Source: Phoronis australis
Lineage: Eukaryota; Animalia; Phoronida
Direction of reading: 5' to 3'
DNA: 64,000 nt
Assembly (NCBI GenBank): GCA_002633005.1
Contig: NMRA01000217.1
Coordinates: 1 to 64,000, forward strand
A program made the position numbers and the translations under genes. Below, one piece after another: positions 39,437 to 51,344 of this stretch. Every line of letters begins with the position of its first letter. Within the stretch, counting starts at the first letter, position 1. The notes below the pieces were generated by a model. It saw only the letters and a program-made list of their open reading frames with translations, had not been told where the DNA came from and made no database searches.

Positions 39437-42400
39437 TTAGTTGTCGCAAGGTTGCTTAGTATTTGCGTCCAGGAAATACTTCGTGTGTTTCGGTGGTTTG
39501 TAAGCGTAGTAACCCATGCGGTTTCCATCGCTTTTCCGACAGCCCTGGTCCTGGAACAAAAAGCTAGCACTCATAACTAGGTCTACATGTCACTGTCTCG
39601 TTGCCACTTTATCAGTGAGTTAGCAGTTTGTCAAATAGTTTGACAAAATCGACTAAGTGACTGCGGCTCCTATCTGCATTCGTGATATAATGTTGACAGT
39701 CTTTCAGATCCCGCGTTCGTGATGTGCAGCGATCAAAGCATGCGTCGACAAATTTTGGAATAAACAAACTCCATCGTGCGATGAGCAGAGATGATTCGGT
39801 CAACTATGGTTCTTACCATTAGAGTTTTAAAGTGTAATTAAAGACCGAGTTAATTAGGAATGAAAGCGGTACCTTGAATTGATCGTAATCGGAGCAAACG
39901 TAGCTTTTGTAGGCACACTTGCCAGACTGAATGGACGCAATGTACAATCGAGGTGCCTGCAAATGTTCCCAGATCTTAATAGGAACGTCATCTGAGCCGC
40001 CGTTTGGATAGAAGTCGGCGTGACCTCTGTCAACGTAGGACACTAGGGTATGTATCTCGTCCACAAAATCGGCGTCAGTGGCATCCAAAGTGTCACCGGC
40101 ATCTTGGTCGTCGAAGCTGAAGCTAGCCGTGTCTAAACCTATAAGAAAGACGTTATTTTGCGCGTTGAATTGTGCTTAGTTAACGCGTAGTATTGCTTAA
40201 CGCGTTGAACAATCGTACTAGTTTCAGTACTTATTTAACGCGCACTTTTGTTTAATCATTGCGTACTGTTTTACTGCATCAACGGGTTGAATTAGTTATT
40301 CGTTATGTCCAATCAAGGAAAAGCTCTCATTCAGTGCGTAACAGCGCCATCATTTACTTTGTCACTTGATCAGAATCAGCAATGACTAAATTTGCCTTGC
40401 ACTATGTACATGTAGAAAGCTTTCCGCCATTTTGGGATTTCAGAGTACGGGCGTGGTTACGTCAGCGCTATTTGAACCAATTCAGCGCGTTGATTAAGCA
40501 AAACTACGCGTCACGTTTCAACGCGCAGAAAAGCACTCGTTTAAGAACCCTTTGGCGATTCATATATATAGCTGCAGTGGTAAGGATCAAAAGTGTTTAA
40601 TTTCCATACTGTTATCGTCATAACATCATCACAAATATTGAGTAACCATTGATGATGTCATCAGGGTGGAAACAGTACTAGTAGTAGGGAGAAACGTTTT
40701 CTTAAATTTTCTCTCACCTGCATATTTCACTGTTTCATTCTTATATCTACTGCCCCCTGCCGGACCTATGCGGCCGCGGCTTCAATTTCACTATGATGCC
40801 TACAAATTATTGGAGGGATACATTTCCGCTGACCCTATTCAGCCCTGAAAGTTTACCAGATGTAGCGAACTTCAGTTCACCATCTCGAAGAAATGGCCGA
40901 CCGCATTTAAATGAAAATTTCAAATACTAGTATTTAAGCAATTTCCCAGAACATTGTTAGGAATTCTTTTAACTGAAATATTTCACTTTTGCCTGAGTTC
41001 TTATCAAAAGTATAGGGATTTAAAGGTGTTTCTATGAAAACGAAATAATGCATAAACGAAAATAAAATCACTTACAACTTACAAACTGGAAAATTGAAAT
41101 TTATATCAAGAAAATTTAATTAGTACGGTTTTTACACCCCGGTCGGTTGTTTTAACGAAACGTCCGTTTTTAATTTATTTCATTACAACACGTTCACGTG
41201 ACAGCACAAATGACACACTGGTATAAAGTCGAAAACATAAACACATTTTTGTTCTATGCTCTATTTTCTTTTTTGTTAAACTTACAACTGTATCAGATCA
41301 CTTTGCTCACCCTGTACTTGCAGCTTATCAGATCATTTTGCTTCACCCTGTACTTGAGGCTTACCAGATATTCTGCCCGGCTTAGGGTCCAAGTTTTTGC
41401 CGGCGAAGCCCGACACTTGTCCTCCTAGACTGTGGCCGATCAAGTGCATGCTTTTACGTGTGGTATTTGTCTGTACCTCGAGGAACTCTGTATACAGTGA
41501 AACGCAAAGAGAACATTACTTAGGACAAGTAAACAATGCCACGTTGCTTAGGAGATGACAGTTCCTTATAAGCAACATGCGCACACCCAGCCTTTAATAT
41601 GGGGGGCTCGAATTTTCGNGCCCCCCGAGCCCCCCCCCCCTCCTGAGTGCGCGTATGTGCAAGAAAGCGAAGTGTACCAAAGTGCTATTTTCTACTCCGG
41701 AAGTATTGATCTGAAACTATATCAGGGCGGAATACTTACGGCAGTTGAGAAATTGGCGCTTATGGGACGGAAACGGTAAGTTTTACCCCATAATTCACCA
41801 TCTTTACCTTACCGACCAATCATCACTAATGATCGTTATTTTGCTAGAACTAGTGATCGAGTTCCAGAGCTCACCCTCGAAACCGTTATGTAGTCTTATT
41901 CCAACGCGAGATTCTTTCGTCTACGGAACACAACCTCGTGCAAACAACAAGCGAAGACAAATACATTAAGAAGTCACATGTTCAACTATACACTCCAGCC
42001 CTTACCGATCATTCTTGCCACAAGCTGTCCCACAAATCGGGTATTTTTGGCTGGCTTGATATAGAATGGGTTTCCTGCAAGTTTTCCCCAGTCAACGATT
42101 ATAATGTTTACGTCGAGCTGAAACACGTTAATTGAGAATTTAGAGAAGCCAATTACCAACTTGATGCGCTTCTCAGAATAAGGTTATGAAGGACTGTTTC
42201 CACAAATCTGGGTTTTTAGCCAAATACAGTAGTAAAAGCAGTACATAGTTTTTGAAAATAGAAAACCTGTAGATATCAAATCTTATTTAGTAAAATAAAA
42301 ACGAATGGCCAGTACATTACTAACTAAACAGCGATTGCAGTTAACATTACCAAATGGGGTTTAATATAACCGTTCAAGATTACATCTCCAAAGCGTATCT

Positions 42401-43720
42401 CAGAGAATAAAAATTAATGCGTTGATAAGTGATAAAAAACTTTCATACACACAGGAAGCGTAAACATGATAAATAACTGAATGCTTGTTTCATTTCATGG
42501 AAAAAATTGTTACATACCAAATCAAGAAAGGCGTCTTTTATGCTTCTCATCCACGGAGACTTGAATCGTGTAGTTCCTCCAAACCATCCGTGCACAATAA
42601 ACTTGGTATCCTTTTGACCATCAAAGTTAGAGTTATCAAGCAGGGTTGCATCAGTCAAAGACAACTCCTGACGACGATCGTCTGCTTTATTCTGTCTAAA
42701 ATTCAACCAATCAGATGCGCCGTATTTCTGTTCACACGAATCAATTTCTTAGATTTACACTATCTGACGTTTGCTCACAAGGTTTTGGGCATGAACGACG
42801 GAATGTATCAGTAACCGAATAAAAACAGATACCAACTGCCAGACTTAACTATAAGAAAAGGAGGGAGGGGGAGACAGGTGGGGCAGCTCAGTTCCAAAAC
42901 TCTGCATTAAATATATTAAATCAAAAAGTAACTGTTTCCGTCCCTAATGATCTAAATTCAGTGGCATGTTTGTCAAAACTCTTCACGAAGACGTTAAAGC
43001 CACAAGTCCATTTTAAACTATTACATGTAGTTCAATCGGTGCATTGTGACCACGGTCTATCAAAGATGTCCACGGGTCACAAGTCATCTTACGATCAAGC
43101 ATAAAGAAACTTACCGAGTATACAGCCAAAATTTTACATCGCTTTCACTAACAGCATCTACAAATCAAGAGAAATGGTAAACCAACAAAACTAAAAAACG
43201 TTTTAGTTTAACACATCTATGCGTGGGATAAGTCACAATTAACATCTCCAGTAACTCACATGGGCGGCACAACACTGAAAAAGTGGGGGACTATAGCACC
43301 CCAGCCCTCCCCCCGTGGTGCACCGCCCATAGACCATTGGCGAAGCAGCACTAAAAAAGTGGAGCTATAGCCCGCCGCCCTGCCCCCCTATGGTGCGCCT
43401 CCCATGTCTCAAGCATGCTTTTGGCGTCAGTTACAGCCCAATAACCTCCATTCATTCAGCAGTCGCGTAAAGTTTAGAGCGCCAAACGACGGATTAAAAA
43501 CCGGCCTCAGTTACTAAATAGCCATGATTTGCAGAAGAAAGAGATGTGACATTAAGTGACATGCTTTGACATTTACGCTTTTGTAAAATGAGCTCAAAAG
43601 CCAATTTTGAACAGAAAACTCCAATAGGTAAGCTAACTCACGTGCAAGTAGTACATGTACTTGAGCGATGACGATCACAAAGAACGCGGCAGTCACAGTG
43701 GATAATCTTGGGCATGTCAT
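39437..43720 (-). CDS. Secreted pancreatic-lipase-family enzyme (lipase member H / phospholipase A1-like), 304 aa; join(43720-43642, 43157-43115, 42695-42518, 42117-42006, 41487-41365, 40138-39873, 39550-39437)
   Basis: Signal peptide MTCPRLSTVTAAFFVIVIAQVHVLLA; DVKFWLYTR; TKFIVHGW; NIIIVDWG; nucleophile elbow HLIGHSLGG; RISGLDTA (catalytic Asp); DADFVDEIHT; GHADFYPNGG; WEH (catalytic His); RMGYY. All introns are GT-AG with consistent phases; total 915 nt. Confidence 0.92.
40157..40531. mobile_element. Inverted-repeat element in lipase intron 5
   Basis: ttttgcgcgttgaa...acgcgtagtattgcttaa versus ttaagcaaaactacgcgt...ttcaacgcgcagaaaa. Confidence 0.55.
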
Positions 43721-45887
43721 GGTCAGTGAATCTTCTAAAACTGAAAAGACTACTGCCAACCCCTCTGCTGGTTTTATCGACACTTGTCGCGACTAAGTGA
43801 TAACACAATCGATGCTTGACCGACAACCACGAGCATCAAATCCAAATCTGTTTCACACGGGCGGTGCATTGACTGCACTAATTTTTATAACATTTGTCCC
43901 ATCGTTACTGTTCACACTAAAGGGTAGGAAGCCAAAGATTGAACCTAACTGTTGACTGCATAGAAAACACGTTGTCTTAACCAGATAAACCGTGCAACCT
44001 GATGTATATAGATATTAATGATGGTAGCTGATGATGATGATCGACGGTGGTGATGACGGTGAGGTGGCGGTGATCACGGTGGGGTGGCAGCGACGACGGT
44101 GGGTTGGCGGTAATGACGGTGAGGTGGTGATGATGACGATGGGGTGGGGATTTTTTTAATGAAATCAATGACTTCATTTATTTGTCTCAATCTAAAATGT
44201 TACAAACTGAAGATGAAACGTCGTCTAGTTGTTAGTTCATTATGTGAATAATGCAGTGTTTGATGTGTCAGCTTTTAAGTCATAGATTATGTTGAAAGAA
44301 TGTGGATATTTACAATTTCATATTGATGCCAAAATATTTTATGTTTTAAAGAGTGTTGGACTAAGTTTACCAAATTCGTAAATCAGCCGTTGTTTTACAA
44401 CTATGACTAATTTATAAAACACTCGAATCCTTTTTTCTTCTCCAAATAAAAGATAATTTATCTATAAAATACTGGTTTTGCGTTGAGTTTTTGTTATTAT
44501 AGCGTAAATACAGAATCCTACATGAGTGTCATGTTTATTACATTGGCACTGTCTCATGAAATTTTTTCAAAATCCCGAGGCTTACAGTAAAAACAATCTT
44601 TTGCCGAAAAACTCAACGTGTCTAAAACTTTCAACCACATGACGCAACGTTTGTAAAAGCACGCTTGCGCAATTTAAAGTACTAAACTCAGTTGCTTTTT
44701 GTTAATTGTTTTATTTTAAACTTAACAATTGCGAATTGCACTCAGCTTTTGTAACACGTGTTCAAATTAGAATCTAATAAGTAACCTTTGAAGTTGTAAT
44801 ATTAAAAGTTAACAAATGTTTATTAATAACGGTCAGCAGGGCTTCCTCGCGCGTTAGTACTGAATTGACCTTGAGACAGCACAGCTAGACAGCCTCATCG
44901 CGTTTCTTGAGATGGGGTTCGTCTCCGTTTCAATGAGCGTGGATATGGAGTTCGCTGCCAAAGATGGGATCGTTCAAGAAGTTGTTTGCATGTCCTTCCT
45001 ACTGGGAGTACGTACATGTACAGTTGCGACACTCCTCGGAATTCCGGCATTGTTTGATTGTTGGTGTTAGTGTATTGCAGACGATAGAATGTAAGGCGTA
45101 TGAATTTCTACTCTGCACTACTTCGCCCATGTAATATTACGAAAAAAAGTACTCGGTTTTATTAACCAGTCGTATCGTAACATTTCAGGTCATTTGAGAA
45201 ATTCACAGAGTGCGACATTAAATTTCACATCGACATCACTGAAGCAATAGGCAAACACAAGTGTAGACATTAGGTAAGGCTTAATTCAAACCAAAATTCA
45301 TCAAAACAAAACTGTGCAACGAAGTCAACTTGTTTCTCAAAGGTTATCATTCATTGGATTAATAAGAGTTGGCTTTTCCGTAACCGAAGTGAATTTCACA
45401 TTTTTATCAGAGATGCCTCGTGTAGGCGGCTGTAACAGACGGAAGAACTAATTCGGTGACATCTTCATTTTCACAATTTGTAGTAGGCAAAGACCAACAT
45501 GAAAAATGTTAAAAAACGGCTGTAAAAACTGTGTCAAATCAGTCTTGGTGCAAAGCCAGGTTAAAAACCATGGGTTCGGTTATTACTCACGAGTGGAACA
45601 CTGGTTTTTTATTTTTCAATAATGCAAATTCACGTTGTTTCCTTGCTACACATCATAAAACTAAGTTCATTGGTCGATTCAATAGGGAGATTTGCTATCG
45701 CTCACTTGAATTGTTCCAGTGGAAGTTTACGTGTTTTTGGCCAAGCGTACCACACGACACTCCCTCGCAAGTGTTTATCAAAGTTATCATTGCGAGTATC
45801 AACAGGTGGCGGCATTTACTACGCGGACGCAACGTATTAGCTAGCCGTCTGAATCGATGTATGTCATGACTCATTCAGTACGAGTAG

Positions 45888-46064
45888 ATGTGGAGAAAAT
45901 TATGAGTCGTTACTGAACTTGCTTGAGATGAAAGCAACGTTTTGTCAGCGTCTGTTGGCATTTTCAAGAGGTCACACAGGCTAGAAAAATGCCACCAGAT
46001 GCTGGCGAAACGTTGCCCTTTTATCTCAAGTAAGTTCAGTAACTACTCATTATTTTCTCCATAT
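45888..46064. repeat. Near-perfect ~175-bp palindrome (hairpin MITE)
   Basis: tggagaaaattatgagtcgttactgaacttgcttgagat ... atctcaagtaagttcagtaactactcattattttctcca. Confidence 0.85.
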
Positions 46065-46840
46065 TAAACCGCCAGCATGATTCAATTGAATTTATTTTTG
46101 ACGTCGTTGAAACAACTTTCATGAAGCGTGCGTGGATAGTAGTATAGTAAGAGGTTTAGGACGCCCGTTTATGAGGGTCCTTGGTCAAAGGTCATCAATC
46201 CGAAAGGAAAGGTCAAAGGTCACGTGTGATGGATGCAACCGGAAGCGACATCATCCGCCTACCGGACGGAAGTGTCGATGACGTCATACCTCATTACGCA
46301 ATAGGTCCGTTAAGAGAGGCACCTCGATCCAAGGTGAAAGACGTCGGTAAACCTGAAGGAGAAATTGGAAATCACGTAGGTGCTGACGTGATCCGATAGG
46401 TAAGTGAGGGCGTGGCACCGTTCATCACCCGATGGTATGAAAAGATAACGTTGAATAAGTTAGTTATGTTTGTAGAGTTTAACTGATCGAGAGCAGAAAC
46501 AAAATAGGGATCACGCTGTTGAATAAGAACCAAAGGTCGTTGTATATTGTTCTCATTTCTCAAAAACAAGTGTTGCGTATATTCCGCTACAAATGATAAG
46601 GGGATAAACACCCAACTCAACAACAGATGTCGTGTAACGTCTGACACAGGTACCGACTGTACTAAACTAACAATACTAATAATATGAGACCACCTAAAAT
46701 AGAACATAAAATTAATATTGTTTAAGAGTGTACTAATGTCAAAGTAAATTCGAATAGACTACGAAAATCCCCCAGACGTTCAGACGCTGTTATCCGTAGA
46801 AATAGTAAATTATTAGTAGCAAATTACTAAATGTCCCAAA

Positions 46841-48680
46841 TTAAATGTTCAAAGATCCAGTGGTGACGCCGTCGTCGAACATTTGTCTTTAAAAGTAGGG
46901 GAATGCGCACCTCTCTTTCAGGTAGAAATACATAGTGTTATCGCCGCCTAACCGAAATCCTTTATTGACAGCTAAAATGAGATTTACCGTCGTCCGTCCC
47001 CACGTAACGTTTTAGACCAAAGCGCGATGAAGTAGTCCCTTTCGAATTCCAACTTCAATAAACCGGGCGTGCGCGTGTCGTAGGTCTCGTTTTCTTCCGT
47101 GTCTGTTCGCGGAAACCAGAGATGTTTTTCCCTCTCAAAAGCTGCTCGCATGTCTGGTTTAATCACGTCATCTAGTTACCGGATGTAGCCATGTACGCCG
47201 AGTCTGTGTCCATCTCGCAATATTCGAAATCAGTTCTGTCGACAAATTTTAACATGAAGTCGTAGTAAAACTTCAACATGTGCAACTTGCGTACTGATAA
47301 ACAAAGAAGCCTATTTGAAGCGGCAGGTTCAGGCGGATGATCTTCTTTTTCGTCTCCAACTTTCATCTCCAGTTCGTAGGTTCCGTCCCCGATGTATTTG
47401 ACGTCTCTAAATTCCGGGAACTGGACTTCCTGTTGAACCTTAGCTTTTCCGCAGTACTTCACGTCACGATGCCTTTCTTGGTTCGTTACCGTCTTACCAT
47501 ATGCCCTGTTACCTATAAGTTTCATCGCGCTACAATCACTTTCACGGTTTTTGTCTTTGTCCCCTTCCCGTATTGTGGCGCTGACTTCCTCACCAAAACG
47601 CTCGAATCATTTTACAGGAGCAAACTTGACCACTTGATAGACGTTTGATATCTCCAGGCCGTGTTCCAAGTATCATGTTTTAGAAGCGGGGTTGCTAACA
47701 GAAGTTTTTTTCGCCGAAGAAACTTCCAAGCAGAGATCGTCGTGGTCGGCTCATGATTTTGTTTCTCTCGGCATACTACCGCATAAGTTTCCTAGGTCGT
47801 CTCCGGTGATGTCTACTTTCTTGAATATAGGCTGCATTTCTGAAAAGTGCTCTCTCAGATGTCTCGGGACTTCGATGTCACATTCCACAACCCCGAACAG
47901 AGTACCGTCTAAAAAGAATTTCTTTATTTGTTTGCTGGTCAAGCTGTAGAAACGTTCCGTGGACAACTCTCGTTTTCTGAGAAAAGAAGGTATGGTATCG
48001 TCTTGCCCTTTCAAATCCTCAAATTCGCACTCCCCAATCTCTTCGTAATCGAAACCTTGATCGATGATATAGTCTCTAATTTTTCTGGTGTTTTCCACAA
48101 GCTCCCTCATGGCGACGTTTCGAGTTACGTTCCTCGTCCTCGGAGTTCCGTCGTCCTTTTATCGTGAGACGGCAGTCGTGGCCGTGCCAGTGACATCCTT
48201 GGAATTGGAACACTTTGTGCGACTGACGACACAAACCGTCCACTGGAATACGACGCTGACCGACCCTTTTTCCAACCCATTTGAACTGGTGACGAATACT
48301 GATTCCTCGTTGCCACGCTACGTACATGTAATCATAACCAAGCCGTTGCCTTTCGCGCCTTAGGGTGGGAAAATTCTCGTTGGAAATTGTTTTCTTGCCT
48401 ACGACGAATAAATGGTCCGGTCGGTTGCTCGTTCATGATGCTGCGAAGGTAAAGAGCATTCTTCATCGAAACCAAAATCTTTGACACCATCTTTGGTATT
48501 TTTCCCAGTTTCTCTATGTCCTTTTGGCGTAGGCCCTATAAACGTCTTTCCCCTTTCGTGGTATCTGTGGAAAACATTACTAGGACCTCCGACGATATTC
48601 TGTTTGAAGGTATAATACAAGTCTTTGTGTTTTTCCTCAAAGAGCGTAAAGTTATGACGAATTGTAAATTCCAACATTTT
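46841..48680 (-). pseudogene. Degenerate protein-primed family B DNA polymerase (Polinton-type pPolB, C-terminal part, with VSR/PD-(D/E)xK-like insertion), left arm
   Basis: Fragments across frames: NIVGGPSNVFHRYHE, a frameshifted GFD.NALY motif A, VDGLC...VFQFQGCHWHGHDC, LFGVVECDIEVP..L..HFSEMQPIFK, KLIGNRAYGK (motif B), CEMDTDSAY (motif C), RTPGLLKLEF. Several frameshifts and stops. Confidence 0.9.
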
Positions 48681-49106
48681 GCCATTTTTCACTAAATTTA
48701 TTAATGGTAAATTACCCGAAAATGTGAAACTTTAAACGAGTGAACTTTTTACAATTAGCAAAGTACAACTATGAATAAAACGGACAACAAATTTTCCGCG
48801 TGAATGTACTCATCGAAACTTCTTTAACCTACTACACTAAGAACTCACTGACTGAAGTAGGACACACCTTCTACCTCTTCCCCCCTCTACCCCGCCCCCT
48901 TTCTCAACCACTCTCTCATCATGTTATTACCCCTATGTGAAACCGATTCTATTGATATATTGGATGGGGGAAAAGAACAGATGGGGATTATTAATTCCGC
49001 GTTTTGTCTACTTTAATCCACGACGCCCGCAGAGACAGATGCTGCCGCAGCTGCCGTCAGCGCATCGGCAAAAGTCAGAGGAATGCGCCGATTTGGCAGC
49101 GAAGTT

Positions 49107-50297
49107 CTAATATCTGCTAAAGTGCAGCATAATCATTTTAAACAATTGCTCATAAAAAACTGACTGATAATGAGTGGAATCGTTTATCTTAAGGTGCTCA
49201 GCCGCGAACGAATTGTTAGTCAACGTCCAGGTGTCCACTCTATTAACTCTTAATTTTTTCATCGCCCTGCGAGCAGCCCCATTAAACAAAGCGAGCCTTT
49301 CGTTGTTAGTCATATTTTTGAACTGAGGTGGTACCTTTCGTTCGCGCACTGCAAGCGAATCGAAAAATAAGAGCCTACTTTGTGGAAATGCTCTCACCAA
49401 CAGTCGTGTGTACCACTCGATATTTACAGCATAGGACGTCAAGGAGTAGGCTAAGTCGTGAACACCAGCATTGAATACAATCAAGTCAGGCTTGGGTTGC
49501 GTGGAATTTAAGTATGTAATGACGTTTTCTTGGCTGTACTGGTTCTCGTTCGACTGCACAGTGACATCCTTGGCGAATTCAACCGTGATGTACTCGACGC
49601 CAAATTCATCATGACCTTCAGAACATTGTTGATAAGACGACACGCACGAGTGACAGTCAGTGCAGCCAGGGTGTTTTCTTCCGTAAACACACGGCCCCTC
49701 TTGATCATCAATAGGAGGGCGCCATCTGATTGGGGTCTGCACTCTTAAATAATCACTGATATTACATCTCTCACTCGGTCCATTGACAAACTTTCTGTTA
49801 CATCCAATAAAACGCTTAATAGTCTGCACAAGTCTGAAACTGTTCGAATCACCGAGGAATACCATGCGCTTGATGGACTGCTCTCTGAAAAAAACCATTA
49901 TTTCGCTTTGGACTGGGAGCTGAGCTAGGCATTTACTTGGTGTCCACACCAGCTTTTTTCTCGTTGTGCTCCACTTGCCACTTTCAGTCATGGTTTCAAC
50001 GTTGGAGCATTTCTTTGGCGATTTCCTCGCCGATAAGACGCGTGCATTGGTGAAATATACGATGTCCTGAAAAAGGTAGTCAGTTTAGGCGTTTAAATAT
50101 ATTTTTTACAACTGAAAAATGTGCCACAAAGAATCTCACTCCATTTGTACGTTTTTGTGTTAAGCTAGCCGTTGAGGACAGACGCTATAGTTTGTACTTA
50201 CAATGTTTGCTTCGTAATATTTGATAAGAATGGCCCAAACGATTATCAGTGCAGCGCCTACCACAACCACGGATAATACACATCGCCGGCGCAACAT
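49107..50297 (-). CDS. Type II membrane SGNH/GDSL-superfamily protein (PC-esterase/NXPE/TBL-like acyl-esterase or O-acetyltransferase), 351 aa; join(50297-50202, 50066-49107)
   Basis: Exon 1 MLRRRCVLSVVVVGAALIIVWAILIKYYEANI is a signal anchor ending at a GTAAGT donor. A 135-bp intron with acceptor ctttttcag joins it in frame to the 294-aa ORF. Motifs: GKW..W.P..C, FLGDSNS (block I), VFNAGVHD (block III), NDSTHY (DxxH, block V). Confidence 0.85.
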
Positions 50298-51171
50298 TGT
50301 CAAGTAAGGATGGACTATTCGATTCCTTCTTGCTGGCTTAATTTATTGGTAATACCTAGACCTACCCCAATACGAAACCGGCACCAGCATGCTGTCGTTT
50401 ACTTAACATCACTGTAATGCTGTCATTAAATTTTCACCAGAAACGATAATAATGGAGCATGATCATGACTGCGCCACGAAAGCGGAGACTCAATCACTGT
50501 TGATGCTGTGCATCCGTCATTGGTTCATGTGTTTCATTTACTTATCACGCTGTTTATTTTCTTTATAGGTAGCAGTACATCTTTAGTCGGTGTGATTTAG
50601 TTTCTTTTAGTAAGTCGGTTCATTCCAGTGGTTACAATAGCATTTGCATAGATGATTCGTAGCTTGACCGGCCGGCTATTATTACGTATTAGCCTCTGTA
50701 CTCATACACGGGTTTTTGGTGACTCAAAAAGTGTTTCTCGAGTATAGCGGCATTCGTTGACAAGGTCTGTAACGCGAATCATGTTTTCCTCGGATGCTAG
50801 AGTTTTTAGACTGAGCACTGACTGTCCGCTAAACTGTTGTAAGTACTGAGTATTTTGGCCTAGCATGTTGTACTCGTACTATCGTATATAGTTGTTGTTT
50901 AACGTATAGTTTTATTCAGCTGCTTGTTTGGCGTATATATGTTACGCGTTACCCGGTTCATGGGATAACTAGTTACGGGTGGCACTGAGTTAGGCAGTTA
51001 TTTGTCACAGTACCGGTTCCAGTTAATTGTGTATCGTAGGTAAGTGAGTATTTGTTAGGCCTCTAATATAGAGTCATTGTCGCGGGTCTCTCTGACGCTC
51101 TATTAATTGTCAATTGTTTACGCTTGCTTGCCGAATATTCATACTGTGCTTTTTCTTTCTTGCATATAACC

Positions 51172-51344
51172 ACTTGTTCGGTTTCACCTTTTCAACGCTT
51201 GTTCGGTTTCACCTTTTCAACGCTTGTTCGGTTTCACTTCTTCAACGCTTGTTCGGTTTCACTTTTTCAACGCTTCTTCAGTATATATTTTTCAACGCTT
51301 CTTTGGTATCTCTTTCAACGCTTGTTCGGACACTTTTTCAACGC
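51172..51344. repeat. 25-bp minisatellite (gcttgttcggtttcaccttttcaac), about 7 copies, degrading to the right
   Basis: Directly visible; gtttcac recurs at 51181, 51206, 51231 and 51256. Confidence 0.9.

Noticed and set aside
41813-41920. AG/GT-bounded open segment in lipase intron 4
   Set aside because: Open only in phase 0 while the flanking exons need phase 1, where it contains a stop; the lipase reads continuously without it.
47337-48363. Plus-strand ORFs over the left arm (and minus-strand ORFs 56030-56606, 58002-58439 over the right arm)
   Set aside because: Antisense shadows of the pPolB pseudogenes or read-throughs of terminal repeats; no independent protein motifs.
51172-51344. CRISPR-like regular repeat
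   Set aside because: Units are directly adjacent with no unique spacers, no cas genes are present and the context is eukaryotic; it is a minisatellite.
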